A DNA stretch of 64,000 nucleotides. Origin: Candidatus Eiseniibacteriota bacterium. GTDB taxonomy: Bacteria; Eisenbacteria; RBG-16-71-46; CAVPCR01. Below the pieces are notes generated by a model that did no database searches, was not told where the DNA came from, and was given only the letters and a program-made list of their open reading frames with translations. The stretch covers positions 1 through 64,000 of the forward strand of contig CAVPCR010000005.1 in the NCBI GenBank assembly GCA_963702435.1. The letters are read 5' to 3'. Position numbers and translations under genes: made by a program. Each line of letters opens with the position of its first letter. The stretch's first letter is position 1. This document shows, piece after piece, positions 55,801-64,000 of the stretch.

Positions 55801-56294
55801 GCGCCGGCCTCGGCTTCGAGAAGACGGCCGCCGAGTACGGCGCCTTTCCCACCGATCCCTACTCGCACACGCCCGCCTTCGCGGGGGCGCAGCAGCCGGG
55901 GATGACCGGACAGGTGAAGGAGGAGATCCTGACGCGGTTCGGCGAGCTCGGCGTCCACGTGGAGAGCGGCGTCGTGAGTTTCCGGCCCGTGCTGCTCCGG
56001 CCGAGCGAGTTCCGGACGGTGAGCGGGGACTACGCGTACTACGACGTCGAGGGGCAGTCCGGGGTGATAGCGGTGCCGGCGGGAGGACTCGCCTTCAGCT
56101 TCTGCCAGGTGCCGATCGTCTACGCGCTCGGCCGGCACGCCGCCCGCGTGCGCGTCACGGACCGGGACGGCGTGTGCTCGGAGCTCGCGGGCGACACGCT
56201 TGATGCGGCGATGAGCCGGGCGCTCTTCGCGCGGTGCGGCCGCATCGCCCGGATCGATGTCGACGTGCCCGCAGAGGTGCTCTGCCGCTACTGA
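52830..56294 (+). CDS. GH149 beta-1,3-glucan phosphorylase
   Basis: 1154 aa, no signal peptide. PFLMSIAS..WMFVSSGGGLTAGR, RRHGDPSRPWN, YEGNWRDIFQNWEAL, NTQRPEWNDANNAL, YEGLGCIYWHM, FPTDPYSHTP, QQPGMTGQVKE. Beta-glucan context. Confidence 0.85.
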   Translation: MATSLVSSISEPAGEFTRVEGEEFYRISAYHRLPPFLMSIASDSDLWMFVSSGGGLTAGRVDAEGCLFPYETVDRLHDAHHHTGPITLLYVRRGREDGALWQPFSDPDRAEFAIERHLYKNTLGNRLLFEEINHDLELTFRYRWAASEALGLVRSATLENRSPRAVSVEVLDGFRNVMPHGVPLALMQRSSSLVDAYKRVDCDPATGLGIFSLTAQIVDRAEAVEELRANAVWCTGLDDPAVLLSLDAVAAFRRGEPLATERTLTGRRGNYLVASSLDLPPRASARWHLVADIGLCHLQLATLRSRLLGSEDLGGEIEQSLDAASDNLRRNVASADGLALTARQETDVHHFANVLFNNMRGGVFADGYRLSAADFGAFLRRRHRAVADQHAALVAALPAEITAADLLRAAEGTADPDLERLSREYLPLYFGRRHGDPSRPWNRFVIRVRNDDGSRALGYEGNWRDIFQNWEALGLSFPDFLPSFIAKFVNASTVDGFNPYRVTSEGIDWEVARPEDPWSNIGYWGDHQIVYLLRLLEAMARVSPGALENLLAREIFSYADVPYRLKPYAAIVADPHRTIVYDTSLAARIEERVRALGADGKLLPGPDGGIYHANLLEKLLVPALSKLSNLVPGGGIWMNTQRPEWNDANNALVGHGISVVTLCHLRRYLGLVEKLLAGHGAETAAISTEVVAWFRELSSILGRESALLDARPLDDRDRMRILEAVGEAFSAYRARVYAGGFSGKQPLAVAEVIEFCGHALRLIDHAIRANRREDGLYHAYNLIEIAANGEEARVHKLYEMLEGQVAALSSGLVGPKEAVRLLASLFASDLYRADQRSFLLYPARELPSFLLRNVVPPERVRAVPLLRELVATGERSLLARDALGVHRFHGDIRHARDVAAALDRLAGEERWASAVARDRQAVLDVFEGVFAHRSFTGRSGTMYGYEGLGCIYWHMVTKLLVAVQEVTLRAFREGESAPTQEALVGFYYRIRAGLGFEKTAAEYGAFPTDPYSHTPAFAGAQQPGMTGQVKEEILTRFGELGVHVESGVVSFRPVLLRPSEFRTVSGDYAYYDVEGQSGVIAVPAGGLAFSFCQVPIVYALGRHAARVRVTDRDGVCSELAGDTLDAAMSRALFARCGRIARIDVDVPAEVLCRY

Positions 56295-56370
56295 CGCGGG
56301 CTACGCGCGCGGGCCACGCGCGCGGGCTACGCGCGCAGGCCACTGACGCGGGCCACTCGCGCGGGCCACG
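56295..56370. repeat. Degenerate 13-bp tandem repeat between convergent genes
   Basis: About 6 units of CGCGGGCYACGCG. Confidence 0.65.
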
Positions 56371-56380
56371 GCACCGGCCG

Positions 56381-57982
56381 TCACTTGAGAAGGACGAGCG
56401 GTCGGCTCTCCACCGCCGTCCCGACCCGGAGCCGGTAGACGTACACACCGGATGCCGCCAGCGCTCCGGCATCGTCGCGTCCGTCCCACACGACCTCGTG
56501 CTCCCCGGCCGGTACCGCTCCTCGCCATAGCGTGCGCACGAGCCGGCCGCCGATATCGTAGATCGCGAGCTCCGTGTCCCCGGCGCCGGCCACGCGGTAG
56601 CTGATCGTGGTCTGCGGATTGAAGGGATTCGGGCGCGCCGTGGAGAGAGCGACCGCCGGGCCGCGCGGCAGCGGGGCGTCCGCGATGCCGGCGGGGCCGC
56701 CTCCGTCCGGGACGAAGGTGAACCGGTCGAGGATCACTTCCTGATCGGTGGCCGGCGGCGCCTCGAACTGCCAGAGATTGACGTGGACCCGCGGCTGCTC
56801 CGGCCGCGGGATGTGCGGTCCGGTGTAGGTCCACGCGTGGATCATGTTGGCCGACGACTCGTCCGCCGGTCCGCCGCGCCAGCTCCGGTACTCGACGCGA
56901 TCATGGAGCCAGCGGAAGGCGTGGCTCGTGAGCTCATCCGCGACGAAGGTCGCGGTGAAGCGGCTCAGGTTCCCCGGGTAGTCGAACGGCTGGGCGACGA
57001 ACTGCGCGGCCGAGTTGCCCGCAAAGCCCCACCGGCTCCACTCGACGTCGATCTCGTTGTGCGGATTCCACCACAGGTACGCCGGGTCGTAGCAGGCCCC
57101 GTACTGCCACAGGAAGAGCCCGAGCACGACGTTCGGATGCAGGGTATCGAGGCGCCCGCGGGTCGTGAAGATGTAGTCGCCGTAGCCGAGCGGCTCGACG
57201 AGCGCCACCTCCGAGCTGTACCACGAGCTGCCGACGCGCCGGATCGTCACGTGCAGCCGGCCGTCCCCGTCCACCCAGACCGAGCTCGGCGCGTCGCTGA
57301 AGAGGTTCGGCCCGGGGCCGTAGTACCCCGGCCCCTTCACCCGCCAGGTACGGCCGCTGAAGGAGACCGTGCGCCCGCCCGGAAAGTCGAACCACTGCCG
57401 CTGGTCGAGCGTGGGCGGGCCCAGGCTGTCGAAGGTGGCCTCATCGTAGATGACATCGGGGACCGGATCGGTCGGGCCCTGCAGCACGCCGAGGAGGAAG
57501 TGGGCAGCGGCAGTCCCCGCGGGGGCGGGCCCGCTCGTCACCGCGAAGAGCTGGACCTCGTCGAGCGGCGTCGACGCGTCGGCCACCGTGTAAGACTCGT
57601 AGCTGATGAGGGCGCCGCTCGCGCTCCGCCATTCGATGTTCAGGATCGCCCGCGACCCGCCCGTGAGCGGCCGCGGCAAGGCATGCCGGACCTTGACGGA
57701 CGCCGTCCACCGCCCGCCCGGCGCCGATTCCTGGCGCTGCCAGTACGCCGAGACATCCCAGCCGCCCTGGTTGGGGCCGGAGACCCGCGCCGCCACCGCG
57801 CCATGGGTGGCGCCTGCCGACGACCCGACCGCGCCGAACTGGTTCCAGCCGGCGAACCGCAGGCCCGAGCCCGCGATCTCGAAGCTCGGATTCGCGAGCA
57901 TGCACTGCGCGGAGGCGTCACCGCCCGTCGCCGCGAGGAGGATCGCGGAAAGGAAGAAGACAGCTGTCCTGGACATCGACAT
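56381..57982 (-). CDS. Secreted CBM-like + GH16-like protein with FlgD-Ig CTD
   Basis: Signal peptide, LANPSFE..IYDEA CBM-like domain, LGYGDY..VVLGLF..NEIDVEWSRWG (ExDxE), CTD RPNPFNP..WDGRDD..SGVYVY..LVLLK. Confidence 0.8.
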   Translation of the reverse strand: MSMSRTAVFFLSAILLAATGGDASAQCMLANPSFEIAGSGLRFAGWNQFGAVGSSAGATHGAVAARVSGPNQGGWDVSAYWQRQESAPGGRWTASVKVRHALPRPLTGGSRAILNIEWRSASGALISYESYTVADASTPLDEVQLFAVTSGPAPAGTAAAHFLLGVLQGPTDPVPDVIYDEATFDSLGPPTLDQRQWFDFPGGRTVSFSGRTWRVKGPGYYGPGPNLFSDAPSSVWVDGDGRLHVTIRRVGSSWYSSEVALVEPLGYGDYIFTTRGRLDTLHPNVVLGLFLWQYGACYDPAYLWWNPHNEIDVEWSRWGFAGNSAAQFVAQPFDYPGNLSRFTATFVADELTSHAFRWLHDRVEYRSWRGGPADESSANMIHAWTYTGPHIPRPEQPRVHVNLWQFEAPPATDQEVILDRFTFVPDGGGPAGIADAPLPRGPAVALSTARPNPFNPQTTISYRVAGAGDTELAIYDIGGRLVRTLWRGAVPAGEHEVVWDGRDDAGALAASGVYVYRLRVGTAVESRPLVLLK

Positions 57983-58403
57983 TCGAGGCTCCGCGGGGGA
58001 TCCTGGCGAGGGGCGGATCGGCTTACGTCCTTGATTCTAGCACGTCGGGCTCGCGCGCGCTCCTCTGGACGCTGCGCGCGGTGCTCGCGCTCTGGCTTGT
58101 CAGCTGCTCCTCAAGGCGCACGCCCGACTCCCTCCCCGGCGCCTCACCTTGTTTGTTCGCCTGAACTCACTCGGGCGTAGATAGAAGCAGCAGCCCCGAC
58201 GGCCGCTGCGAGCGTTCCTTTCCTCCCGCCAGCCGCCTCGCCGAGCCTGTTCGCCGGTCAGCCCTCGCACGTAATGAAAGCAGAGGTCCCAGGCGGCCAG
58301 GCGGCCGGCCAGGCGGCCACCCTGCCGCCATCACCGCGACCCGCTCCATCGAGGAAAAGACGGGTGGGAAGATATCCCGTCGCACGACCAGGAGGTTTCG
58401 ACC

Positions 58404-59441
58404 ATGAAGGTTCATCTCGCGGCGTCCCTGTTGCTTGTCCCAGCCATGCTGGCGACCAGCATCGCCCTGGCTACCCCGCTGGGGACCGGCTTCACCTACC
58501 AGGGACAGCTCAATCAGGGCGGAGTCCCGGTCAACGGCGCCGTGAACCTGCGCTTCGGTCTGTATGACGCGGCGACCAGCGGCGCCAACCTCGGCGCCCG
58601 TCAGATCCTGACCGGTGTCCCGGTGGCGAACGGCCTGTTCACCGTGCAGCTGAACGGGAGCGGCCAGTTCGGCGCGAGCGCCTTCAGCGGAGACGCTCGC
58701 TGGCTCGAGGTCGAGGTCTGCACGGATCCCGGCTGCAGCTCCTCGACCGTCTTGAGCCCACGCCAGGCGCTCACCGCGACCCCCTATGCGCTGACCGCCG
58801 CCAAGCCCTGGAACATCAGCGGCAGCAACATCTCCTTCTCCGGCGGTCACGTCGGCATCGGCACCGCGTCGCCGCAGGGGCCGCTCGATGTGGCAAGCGG
58901 TGCGGGCTCGTTCGTGCGGGTCGATGCAACGAACGGCGATGTCCATTTCAACGGCGGTGTTGACGGCGCCTTCGGCCTCTACAACGAGAGCGGCGCCGCC
59001 GGGCGCACCGAGATCCTCGGACAGGGCTTGCCGCGGCTCGCAGTTCTCAACTCCGGGAACGTGGGCATCGGGACGACGGCGCCGGCTGCCGCGCTCGACG
59101 TGCGCGGGGATGTCAAGCTGGGCGCGACCGGCCAGTACTTCGCCACCGGCGGCGAGGAGAACCTCCGCGTCATCCGCGGGACCATCGGCGCGAGTGGAAA
59201 CGTCTACTTCGGCTCGGGGTTCTCCGTCTATCACGGGACGCTCGGCATCTACGACATCGCCTTCTTCGGGGCCTTCCCCAACGCGCCCACCATCACCGCC
59301 ACCGTCGAATACTCCTCCGGCGCCCCCCTCTTCGCCATGACCATGGGTGTCTACGCCGGCGGGGTCCGCGTGCTGGTGATCAACCACGCCGGCTCGCCGG
59401 CGGAGGGCATCATCCATTTCGCCGCAGTCGGGCCCAAGTAG
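58404..59441 (+). CDS. Secreted phage-tail-fibre-like protein 1 (no CTD)
   Basis: AGGAGG RBS, signal peptide, GFTYQGQL..LRFGLYDA..GLFTVQL..WLEVEV..PRQALTATPYAL domain, 2x G(H/N)VGIGT repeats, small C-terminal beta domain. Confidence 0.78.
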   Translation: MKVHLAASLLLVPAMLATSIALATPLGTGFTYQGQLNQGGVPVNGAVNLRFGLYDAATSGANLGARQILTGVPVANGLFTVQLNGSGQFGASAFSGDARWLEVEVCTDPGCSSSTVLSPRQALTATPYALTAAKPWNISGSNISFSGGHVGIGTASPQGPLDVASGAGSFVRVDATNGDVHFNGGVDGAFGLYNESGAAGRTEILGQGLPRLAVLNSGNVGIGTTAPAAALDVRGDVKLGATGQYFATGGEENLRVIRGTIGASGNVYFGSGFSVYHGTLGIYDIAFFGAFPNAPTITATVEYSSGAPLFAMTMGVYAGGVRVLVINHAGSPAEGIIHFAAVGPK

Positions 59442-59458
59442 CCCCTCAAGGAAGGAGG

Positions 59459-60070
59459 ATGAGAGCCATGAGACGTTCTGTCCACGGCATCGAGCCCAAA
59501 CCGCGCCGGTGCGATCTGTTCCGGGTCATCGGGCTCGCGATCGGCTGCGCGGCGTTCGCCGCGATGGCGGTGACGCCGGCCCGCGCTCAGTACTCGCTCG
59601 GCTGGTTCACGATCGACGCTGGCGGCACGACGGGCGCCGCCGGCGGTTCATACACCCTGCGCGGAACTGCCGGGCAGCCGGATGCGGGCTTCCTGACCGG
59701 CAGCAGCTACGCGCTCAGCGGGGGCTTCTGGGGAAGCACCAACACGACCACCGGCATCGTCCCCGACGAACCGGCCGGCGGCGCAGTTCCACTTGCGTTC
59801 CGGCTCCACACCGCCGCACCCAATCCCTTCTCGCAGCGCACGTCCCTGGCCTTCGACCTACCGGCGGCCAGCGCCGTGCAGCTCGATGTCTACGACGTGG
59901 CCGGGCGGCTCGTGAAGACGCTGGCCAGGGAGTCGCTCCCTGCAGGATCGCACGAGCGAGGTTGGGATCGAACCGACCGGAACGGCCGGCCGGTCGCGGC
60001 AGGCATCTACTTCGTGCGCTTCGACGCCGGGACGATGGCGGCGCGCGAGAAGATCGTCGTGCTCCGATGA
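59459..60070 (+). CDS. Small secreted GTxGQ/GGFW-domain protein with FlgD-Ig CTD (putative adaptor 1)
   Basis: Signal ..PARA, YSLGWFTIDAGG..GGSYTLRGTAGQPDAG..YALSGGFW, then APNPF..VYDVAGRLV..WD..AGIYFVR..KIVVLR. Confidence 0.82.
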   Translation: MRAMRRSVHGIEPKPRRCDLFRVIGLAIGCAAFAAMAVTPARAQYSLGWFTIDAGGTTGAAGGSYTLRGTAGQPDAGFLTGSSYALSGGFWGSTNTTTGIVPDEPAGGAVPLAFRLHTAAPNPFSQRTSLAFDLPAASAVQLDVYDVAGRLVKTLARESLPAGSHERGWDRTDRNGRPVAAGIYFVRFDAGTMAAREKIVVLR

Positions 60071-60138
60071 TGCGCGTACCGGATCGCGATGACCCGTCCG
60101 GCAGCTATCGACGTCAGAGAACCATGGAGGTCTCGATC

Positions 60139-61176
60139 ATGACAAGCAAGCTCTGGGCGGCTGCATTGTGCATCACGGGGATGCTGGCCGCCGGCCTCGC
60201 CCTCGCTGCCCCGCTGGGGACCGGCTTCACCTACCAGGGACAGCTCAATCAGGGCGGAGTCCCGGTCAACGGCGCCGTGAACCTGCGCTTCGGTCTGTAT
60301 GACGCGGCGACCAGCGGCGCCAACCTCGGCGCCCGTCAGATCCTGACCGGTGTCCCGGTGGCGAACGGCCTGTTCACCGTGCAGCTGAACGGGAGCGGCC
60401 AGTTCGGCGCGAGCGCCTTCAGCGGAGACGCTCGCTGGCTCGAGGTCGAGGTCTGCACGGATCCCGGCTGCAGCTCCTCGACCGTCTTGAGCCCACGCCA
60501 GGCGCTCACCGCGACCCCCTATGCGCTGACCGCCGCCAAGCCCTGGAACATCAGCGGCAGCAACATCTCCTTCTCCGGCGGTCACGTCGGCATCGGCACC
60601 GCGTCGCCGCAGGGGCCGCTCGATGTGGCAAGCGGTGCGGGCTCGTTCGTGCGGGTCGATGCAACGAACGGCGATGTCCATTTCAACGGCGGTGTTGACG
60701 GCGCCTTCGGCCTCTACAACGAGAGCGGCGCCGCCGGAGGCACCTACATCGTCGGACAGAACGCGCTGCGGCTCACGGTCCTCAACACCGGGAACGTGGG
60801 CATCGGGACGGCGACGCCGGCAGCCGCGCTCGAGGTGCGCGGCGATGTCAAGCTGGGCGCGACCGGCCAGTACCTCACGGGTGGCGGCGAGGAGAACCTC
60901 CGCATGATCCGCGGGACCATCGGCCCGAGCGGCAACGTGCTCCAGGGCGCGGGGTTCTCCGTGTACCACGGGACGCTCGGCATCTACGACATCGCCTTCT
61001 TCGGGGCCTTCCCCAACGCGCCAACCATCACCGCCACCGTCGAGTACACCTCCGGCACCCCCCTCTTCGCCATGAACATGGGTGTCTACGCCGGCGGAGT
61101 CCGGGTGCTTCTCATCAACCACGCCGGCTCGCCGGCGGAGGGCACCATCCACTTCACCGCGGTCGGATCGAAGTAG
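60139..61176 (+). CDS. Secreted phage-tail-fibre-like protein 2 (paralogue of 58404-59441)
   Basis: GGAGG RBS, same 1038-bp length. 60209-60737 appears identical to 58474-59002. Confidence 0.8.
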   Translation: MTSKLWAAALCITGMLAAGLALAAPLGTGFTYQGQLNQGGVPVNGAVNLRFGLYDAATSGANLGARQILTGVPVANGLFTVQLNGSGQFGASAFSGDARWLEVEVCTDPGCSSSTVLSPRQALTATPYALTAAKPWNISGSNISFSGGHVGIGTASPQGPLDVASGAGSFVRVDATNGDVHFNGGVDGAFGLYNESGAAGGTYIVGQNALRLTVLNTGNVGIGTATPAAALEVRGDVKLGATGQYLTGGGEENLRMIRGTIGPSGNVLQGAGFSVYHGTLGIYDIAFFGAFPNAPTITATVEYTSGTPLFAMNMGVYAGGVRVLLINHAGSPAEGTIHFTAVGSK

Positions 61177-61182
61177 ACCAGT

Positions 61183-61217
61183 CGCGGTGTCCCGCGCTTC
61201 CGGCGCGGGACACCGCG
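61183..61217. terminator. Perfect 15-bp hairpin between convergent operons
   Basis: CGCGGTGTCCCGCGC-TTCCG-GCGCGGGACACCGCG. Confidence 0.75.
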
Positions 61218-61274
61218 TGGATCTCCATCGCGCGCCTTGCGGTCCCGCGCTGATCTCTGTTCATCGGGTCTGCG

Positions 61275-61844
61275 TCAAGGCACGAACACGAGCTTTCGCG
61301 TCACCTGGTCCACGCCTTGCTCCAGGCGCAGGAAGTAGACTCCAGCAGCCAGCGGGCGGTTCGCGTCGTCGCGTCCGGTCCACCGCATCGCATGCTGCCC
61401 GGCCCCCATGCCGGTGTCGAGCAGCGTCGACACGACGGCTCCTCGCAAGTTGAAGACGTGGATGCGCACCCGATCGGCCGCCGGCAGGTCGAAGGCAATG
61501 TGGCCGTACCGCCGGAGTGGATTGGCCGCGCGCAGTGCGAGCTGCAACACCGGCGCCGGCGCCGGGTCCCCCTCGACGCTCGTCGCGATCGCCGGCGGCT
61601 GGCTCCAGAAGCCGCAGCTCAAGCTGTACGAGCCGCCGGCCTGCACCCCGGTCTCGGCCTGACCCGCGGTGCCCTGAAGGGTGTAGGTACCGCTCTGGCT
61701 CCGCCCGCCACCGGCATCCACGGTCGACCATTTCACGGCGTACGGATCGGATTGCGCATGTGCAACGGGCGCAGAGAACGCCGCGATCGCGGCGAGCACA
61801 GCAATCGCGGCGGCGCGCGCGCCAGGATCATGCATGATCTTCAT
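61275..61844 (-). CDS. Small secreted GTxGQ/GFW-domain protein with FlgD-Ig CTD (putative adaptor 2)
   Basis: Signal ..PVAHA, YAVKWSTVDAGGG..SGTYTLQGTAGQAETG..GGSYSLSCGFW, CTD AANP..WTGRDD..AGVYFLR..KLVFVP. ATGA overlap with the S8 stop. Confidence 0.82.
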   Translation of the reverse strand: MKIMHDPGARAAAIAVLAAIAAFSAPVAHAQSDPYAVKWSTVDAGGGRSQSGTYTLQGTAGQAETGVQAGGSYSLSCGFWSQPPAIATSVEGDPAPAPVLQLALRAANPLRRYGHIAFDLPAADRVRIHVFNLRGAVVSTLLDTGMGAGQHAMRWTGRDDANRPLAAGVYFLRLEQGVDQVTRKLVFVP

Positions 61845-63415
61845 CGGACCGTTACTCCTCCATCGATCGCCTCGATGTTCAAGGCCCTCGTGTAGGTCAC
61901 GGGCGTGACCTCGTCGTAGTTCCCCGGCTTGATGACGACCCAGTTCCCCGGCTGGGCATGCGTGACGCCTTCGCTCACCGTGTTGTACGGCAAGCGATAG
62001 CTGCCGACCTCGGTGCCTCCGTTCGCACCGACGAAGATCCCCCCGCTCGCCCAGCGCGCGCAGGCGTACGCGTTCAGGCGTCCCCAGCCGGTGTCCGGAT
62101 CCCAGTAGGGAGAGCCGAGGTCGTCGCAGCTCTCGAGCAGCATCGAGCGCACTTGCGTGTTGACGAGCCCGTTGTTGATGGAGAACATGAGAGCCGCCAC
62201 CCCGGCCACGAACGGACAGGCGGCGGACGTGCCGTTGAAGTTCGGCATGTAGTCCCCGGCCGTGAAGCCGGCGGCGCCGCGGATGTCCGTCGTGTGGATC
62301 AACACGCCCGGAGCGAGAACATCCAGGTCGAGGCCGTAGTTCGATCCCCACGACGTCTCCCCGTCACAGCTCGTCGGGCTCTTGCGCTCGTTGCACGGCG
62401 ACAGCGCGCCGACGCCGATGACGTTCGCATAGCGTGCCGGATAGCCGGACGTGCTCGAGTTGGCGTTGCCGGTCGCGGCCAGGAGCAGGCTACCGAGCCC
62501 GTGGGCGTAGTTGACCGCGGTCTCCAGCGCGGTGCTCGCCGACATGGTGAGACTCATCGAGATCACCTGACATCCGAAGTCGCCTGCGAACGCGATCCCG
62601 AGCGCCAGGTTGGCCGTCGTGCCCGTGTTGTCCGCGGCAAGAACCTTGACCGGAAGGATGCGGACGCCCCAGGCCACGCCGGCGATTCCTTGGCCGTTGT
62701 TGCCGGCAGCGGCCGCGATTCCCGCGCAGGAGGTGCCGTGTCCATGGTCGTCGGCTGGATTGCTGTCGTTGTTGACGAAGTCCCAGCCGCTCTGGACCCG
62801 GCCTGCGAACTCCGGGTGGCCGGCGTCGATGCCGCTGTCGAGAACCGCCAGCACAACGCTGAAGGAGCCGGTCGAGACATCCCACGCCTGGTTCAGATCG
62901 AGGTCGCAATCCGCCGTCCCCACCGAGTCTCCAGGCGCCCGGATCGCCTGGCCGCGGTTGCGGGCGGCCCACTGCAGGGGGTAGGTCGGATCGCTCGGGA
63001 CGAGCGCTCCGCGCACGACGCCATTGGGCTCCGCCCACTCGATGTCCGGGAGCGCGGCCAGCCGGGCGGCCGCTTGCGGCGGTGTCTCGGCACCCGCGTA
63101 CCGCACGTGGAAGATGCGATCCATACCCAGCGCCTGCTTCGCCGACGTATTCTCGCTCAGATTGAATGCGTTGCTGATCTCGGCGGACGCGAGTTGCTCG
63201 AGCACCCCATCCACGGCGGCGAGGCCGGTGCGACCGGCGGCCGCCAGCGCGGGCCGGTAGGCGCTCGACGCAAACGCGTCCGCGCGCAGCTGGAGGAGGA
63301 CTTCACCCGCGATCCACTCGGCGTCCGCGGCAATGGACTGAGCCTGGAGAGGCGTCGCCACGAGGGTCGCGATCATGGCCAGGAGGGAGGCACCAATCGA
63401 CGGTTTGTGATGCAT
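61841..63415 (-). CDS. Secreted subtilisin-like S8 serine protease (no CTD)
   Basis: VLAVLDSGID (Asp), HGHGTSCAG (His), AATGN, NGTSAACP (Ser), GWGRLNA. Short C-terminal GSYRLPYNTVSEGV..KPGNY domain. Confidence 0.93.
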   Translation of the reverse strand: MHHKPSIGASLLAMIATLVATPLQAQSIAADAEWIAGEVLLQLRADAFASSAYRPALAAAGRTGLAAVDGVLEQLASAEISNAFNLSENTSAKQALGMDRIFHVRYAGAETPPQAAARLAALPDIEWAEPNGVVRGALVPSDPTYPLQWAARNRGQAIRAPGDSVGTADCDLDLNQAWDVSTGSFSVVLAVLDSGIDAGHPEFAGRVQSGWDFVNNDSNPADDHGHGTSCAGIAAAAGNNGQGIAGVAWGVRILPVKVLAADNTGTTANLALGIAFAGDFGCQVISMSLTMSASTALETAVNYAHGLGSLLLAATGNANSSTSGYPARYANVIGVGALSPCNERKSPTSCDGETSWGSNYGLDLDVLAPGVLIHTTDIRGAAGFTAGDYMPNFNGTSAACPFVAGVAALMFSINNGLVNTQVRSMLLESCDDLGSPYWDPDTGWGRLNAYACARWASGGIFVGANGGTEVGSYRLPYNTVSEGVTHAQPGNWVVIKPGNYDEVTPVTYTRALNIEAIDGGVTVR

Positions 63416-63428
63416 TTCCGCCTACTCC

Positions 63429-64000
63429 CTATTGCAGATTGACGAGGACGAGCACGAGTCCCGTGCCGCTCTCGAGCGCGGTCATGGACTTCCCGAGCAC
63501 GGCGCCGTGGGAACGGCTGGCATCGCTCGCGCGCATGGCGTGGCCCGCGGTCGCGGCCGTGGTGAGCAGGTCGCCCGGCCGCACGGGGCCGTTCTCGTCG
63601 GAGCAACGCACGTAGACTCGACCGGACATCGCGACCGGCGTCTCGCCGTCCAGCACGCCTTCCTGCCCCAGGCGCAGGCCGGGCGAGATCCCGCCGGCAC
63701 CCGAGACGATACCGGCAACCCGACGGTCATAGGCATCCGTCGAGACGCGCAGCCCGCCCGGATGGCGCTCATCGATCACGACCACGGTCCCCGGCTCGAT
63801 CGCGTCATCGCCGGTCTCGAACCCTTCCACGATGTCGGCGCCGCCGCGGAGCTCGAGCGTTCCCAGGGAGGACTTGCCATCGACGACCAGAGAGAAGCCC
63901 CCAGCCGTGTTCCTGAAGTACCCACCCCATCCGTTGGCGCTGGTGGCAAGCCCGAGCACTCCGGCGCTGGTGCCGGCCGTCTCTCCTTGCACGCCGACGC
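63429..64000 (-). CDS. C-terminal part of a fibre-like protein with Peptidase_G2-type intramolecular chaperone domain (runs off the window)
   Basis: GVLG..GWGGYF repeats, then GADIVEGF..EPGTVVVID..VAGIVS..PVAMSGRVYV..GPVRPGDLLTT..GHAM..VLGK..VLVNLQ. Confidence 0.72.
   Translation of the reverse strand, partial: VGVQGETAGTSAGVLGLATSANGWGGYFRNTAGGFSLVVDGKSSLGTLELRGGADIVEGFETGDDAIEPGTVVVIDERHPGGLRVSTDAYDRRVAGIVSGAGGISPGLRLGQEGVLDGETPVAMSGRVYVRCSDENGPVRPGDLLTTAATAGHAMRASDASRSHGAVLGKSMTALESGTGLVLVLVNLQ

Noticed and set aside
59003..61176. Diversity-generating retroelement TR/VR pair
   Set aside because: Differences are not adenine-specific, both copies are full genes with RBS, and no reverse transcriptase is in the window.
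58404..64000. Prophage tail module
   Set aside because: The two complete fibre-like proteins have Sec signal peptides; no capsid, terminase, integrase or baseplate genes.

Overview
A 64-kb window from a very GC-rich diderm bacterium. Eight intact secreted proteins carry FlgD-Ig/T9SS-type C-terminal domains (CTDs) and one ends in a short SWGxIK tail, which suggests an FCB-group candidate lineage such as Eisenbacteria, Krumholzibacteria or Latescibacteria (inference). 0-10 kb: gene debris, a lysyl-endopeptidase-like protease, a double-propeller FG-GAP protein and two orphan copies of its CTD tail. 10-20 kb: aldo/keto reductase, alcohol dehydrogenase, GT4 and epimerase, a PrdB/GrdB-like selenoprotein (in-frame UGA plus SECIS-like hairpin), TerB, MFS, a ChrB-domain gene and a 4x22-bp repeat. 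20-35 kb: duplicated LVIVD proteins flanking pgi-gnd, a frameshifted XylR-type sigma54 activator with its divergent -24/-12 promoter, and a GT4-fusion/GH130 pair. 37-58 kb: a beta-1,3-glucan utilisation locus (GH16, GH1, GH149, a clan GH-A fusion, an Opp-type ABC importer) with a ROK repressor, three visible operators and no SusC/SusD. It includes two paralogues with near-identical cores but different C-terminal tails. 58-64 kb: two convergent operons that each pair CTD-less phage-fibre-like proteins with a small CTD-bearing partner, a candidate two-partner surface display system. Many frameshifts at 29-43 kb are probably assembly indels. No rRNA, tRNA, CRISPR array or transposase was recognised. 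All family calls come from motif recognition by eye, not database searches.
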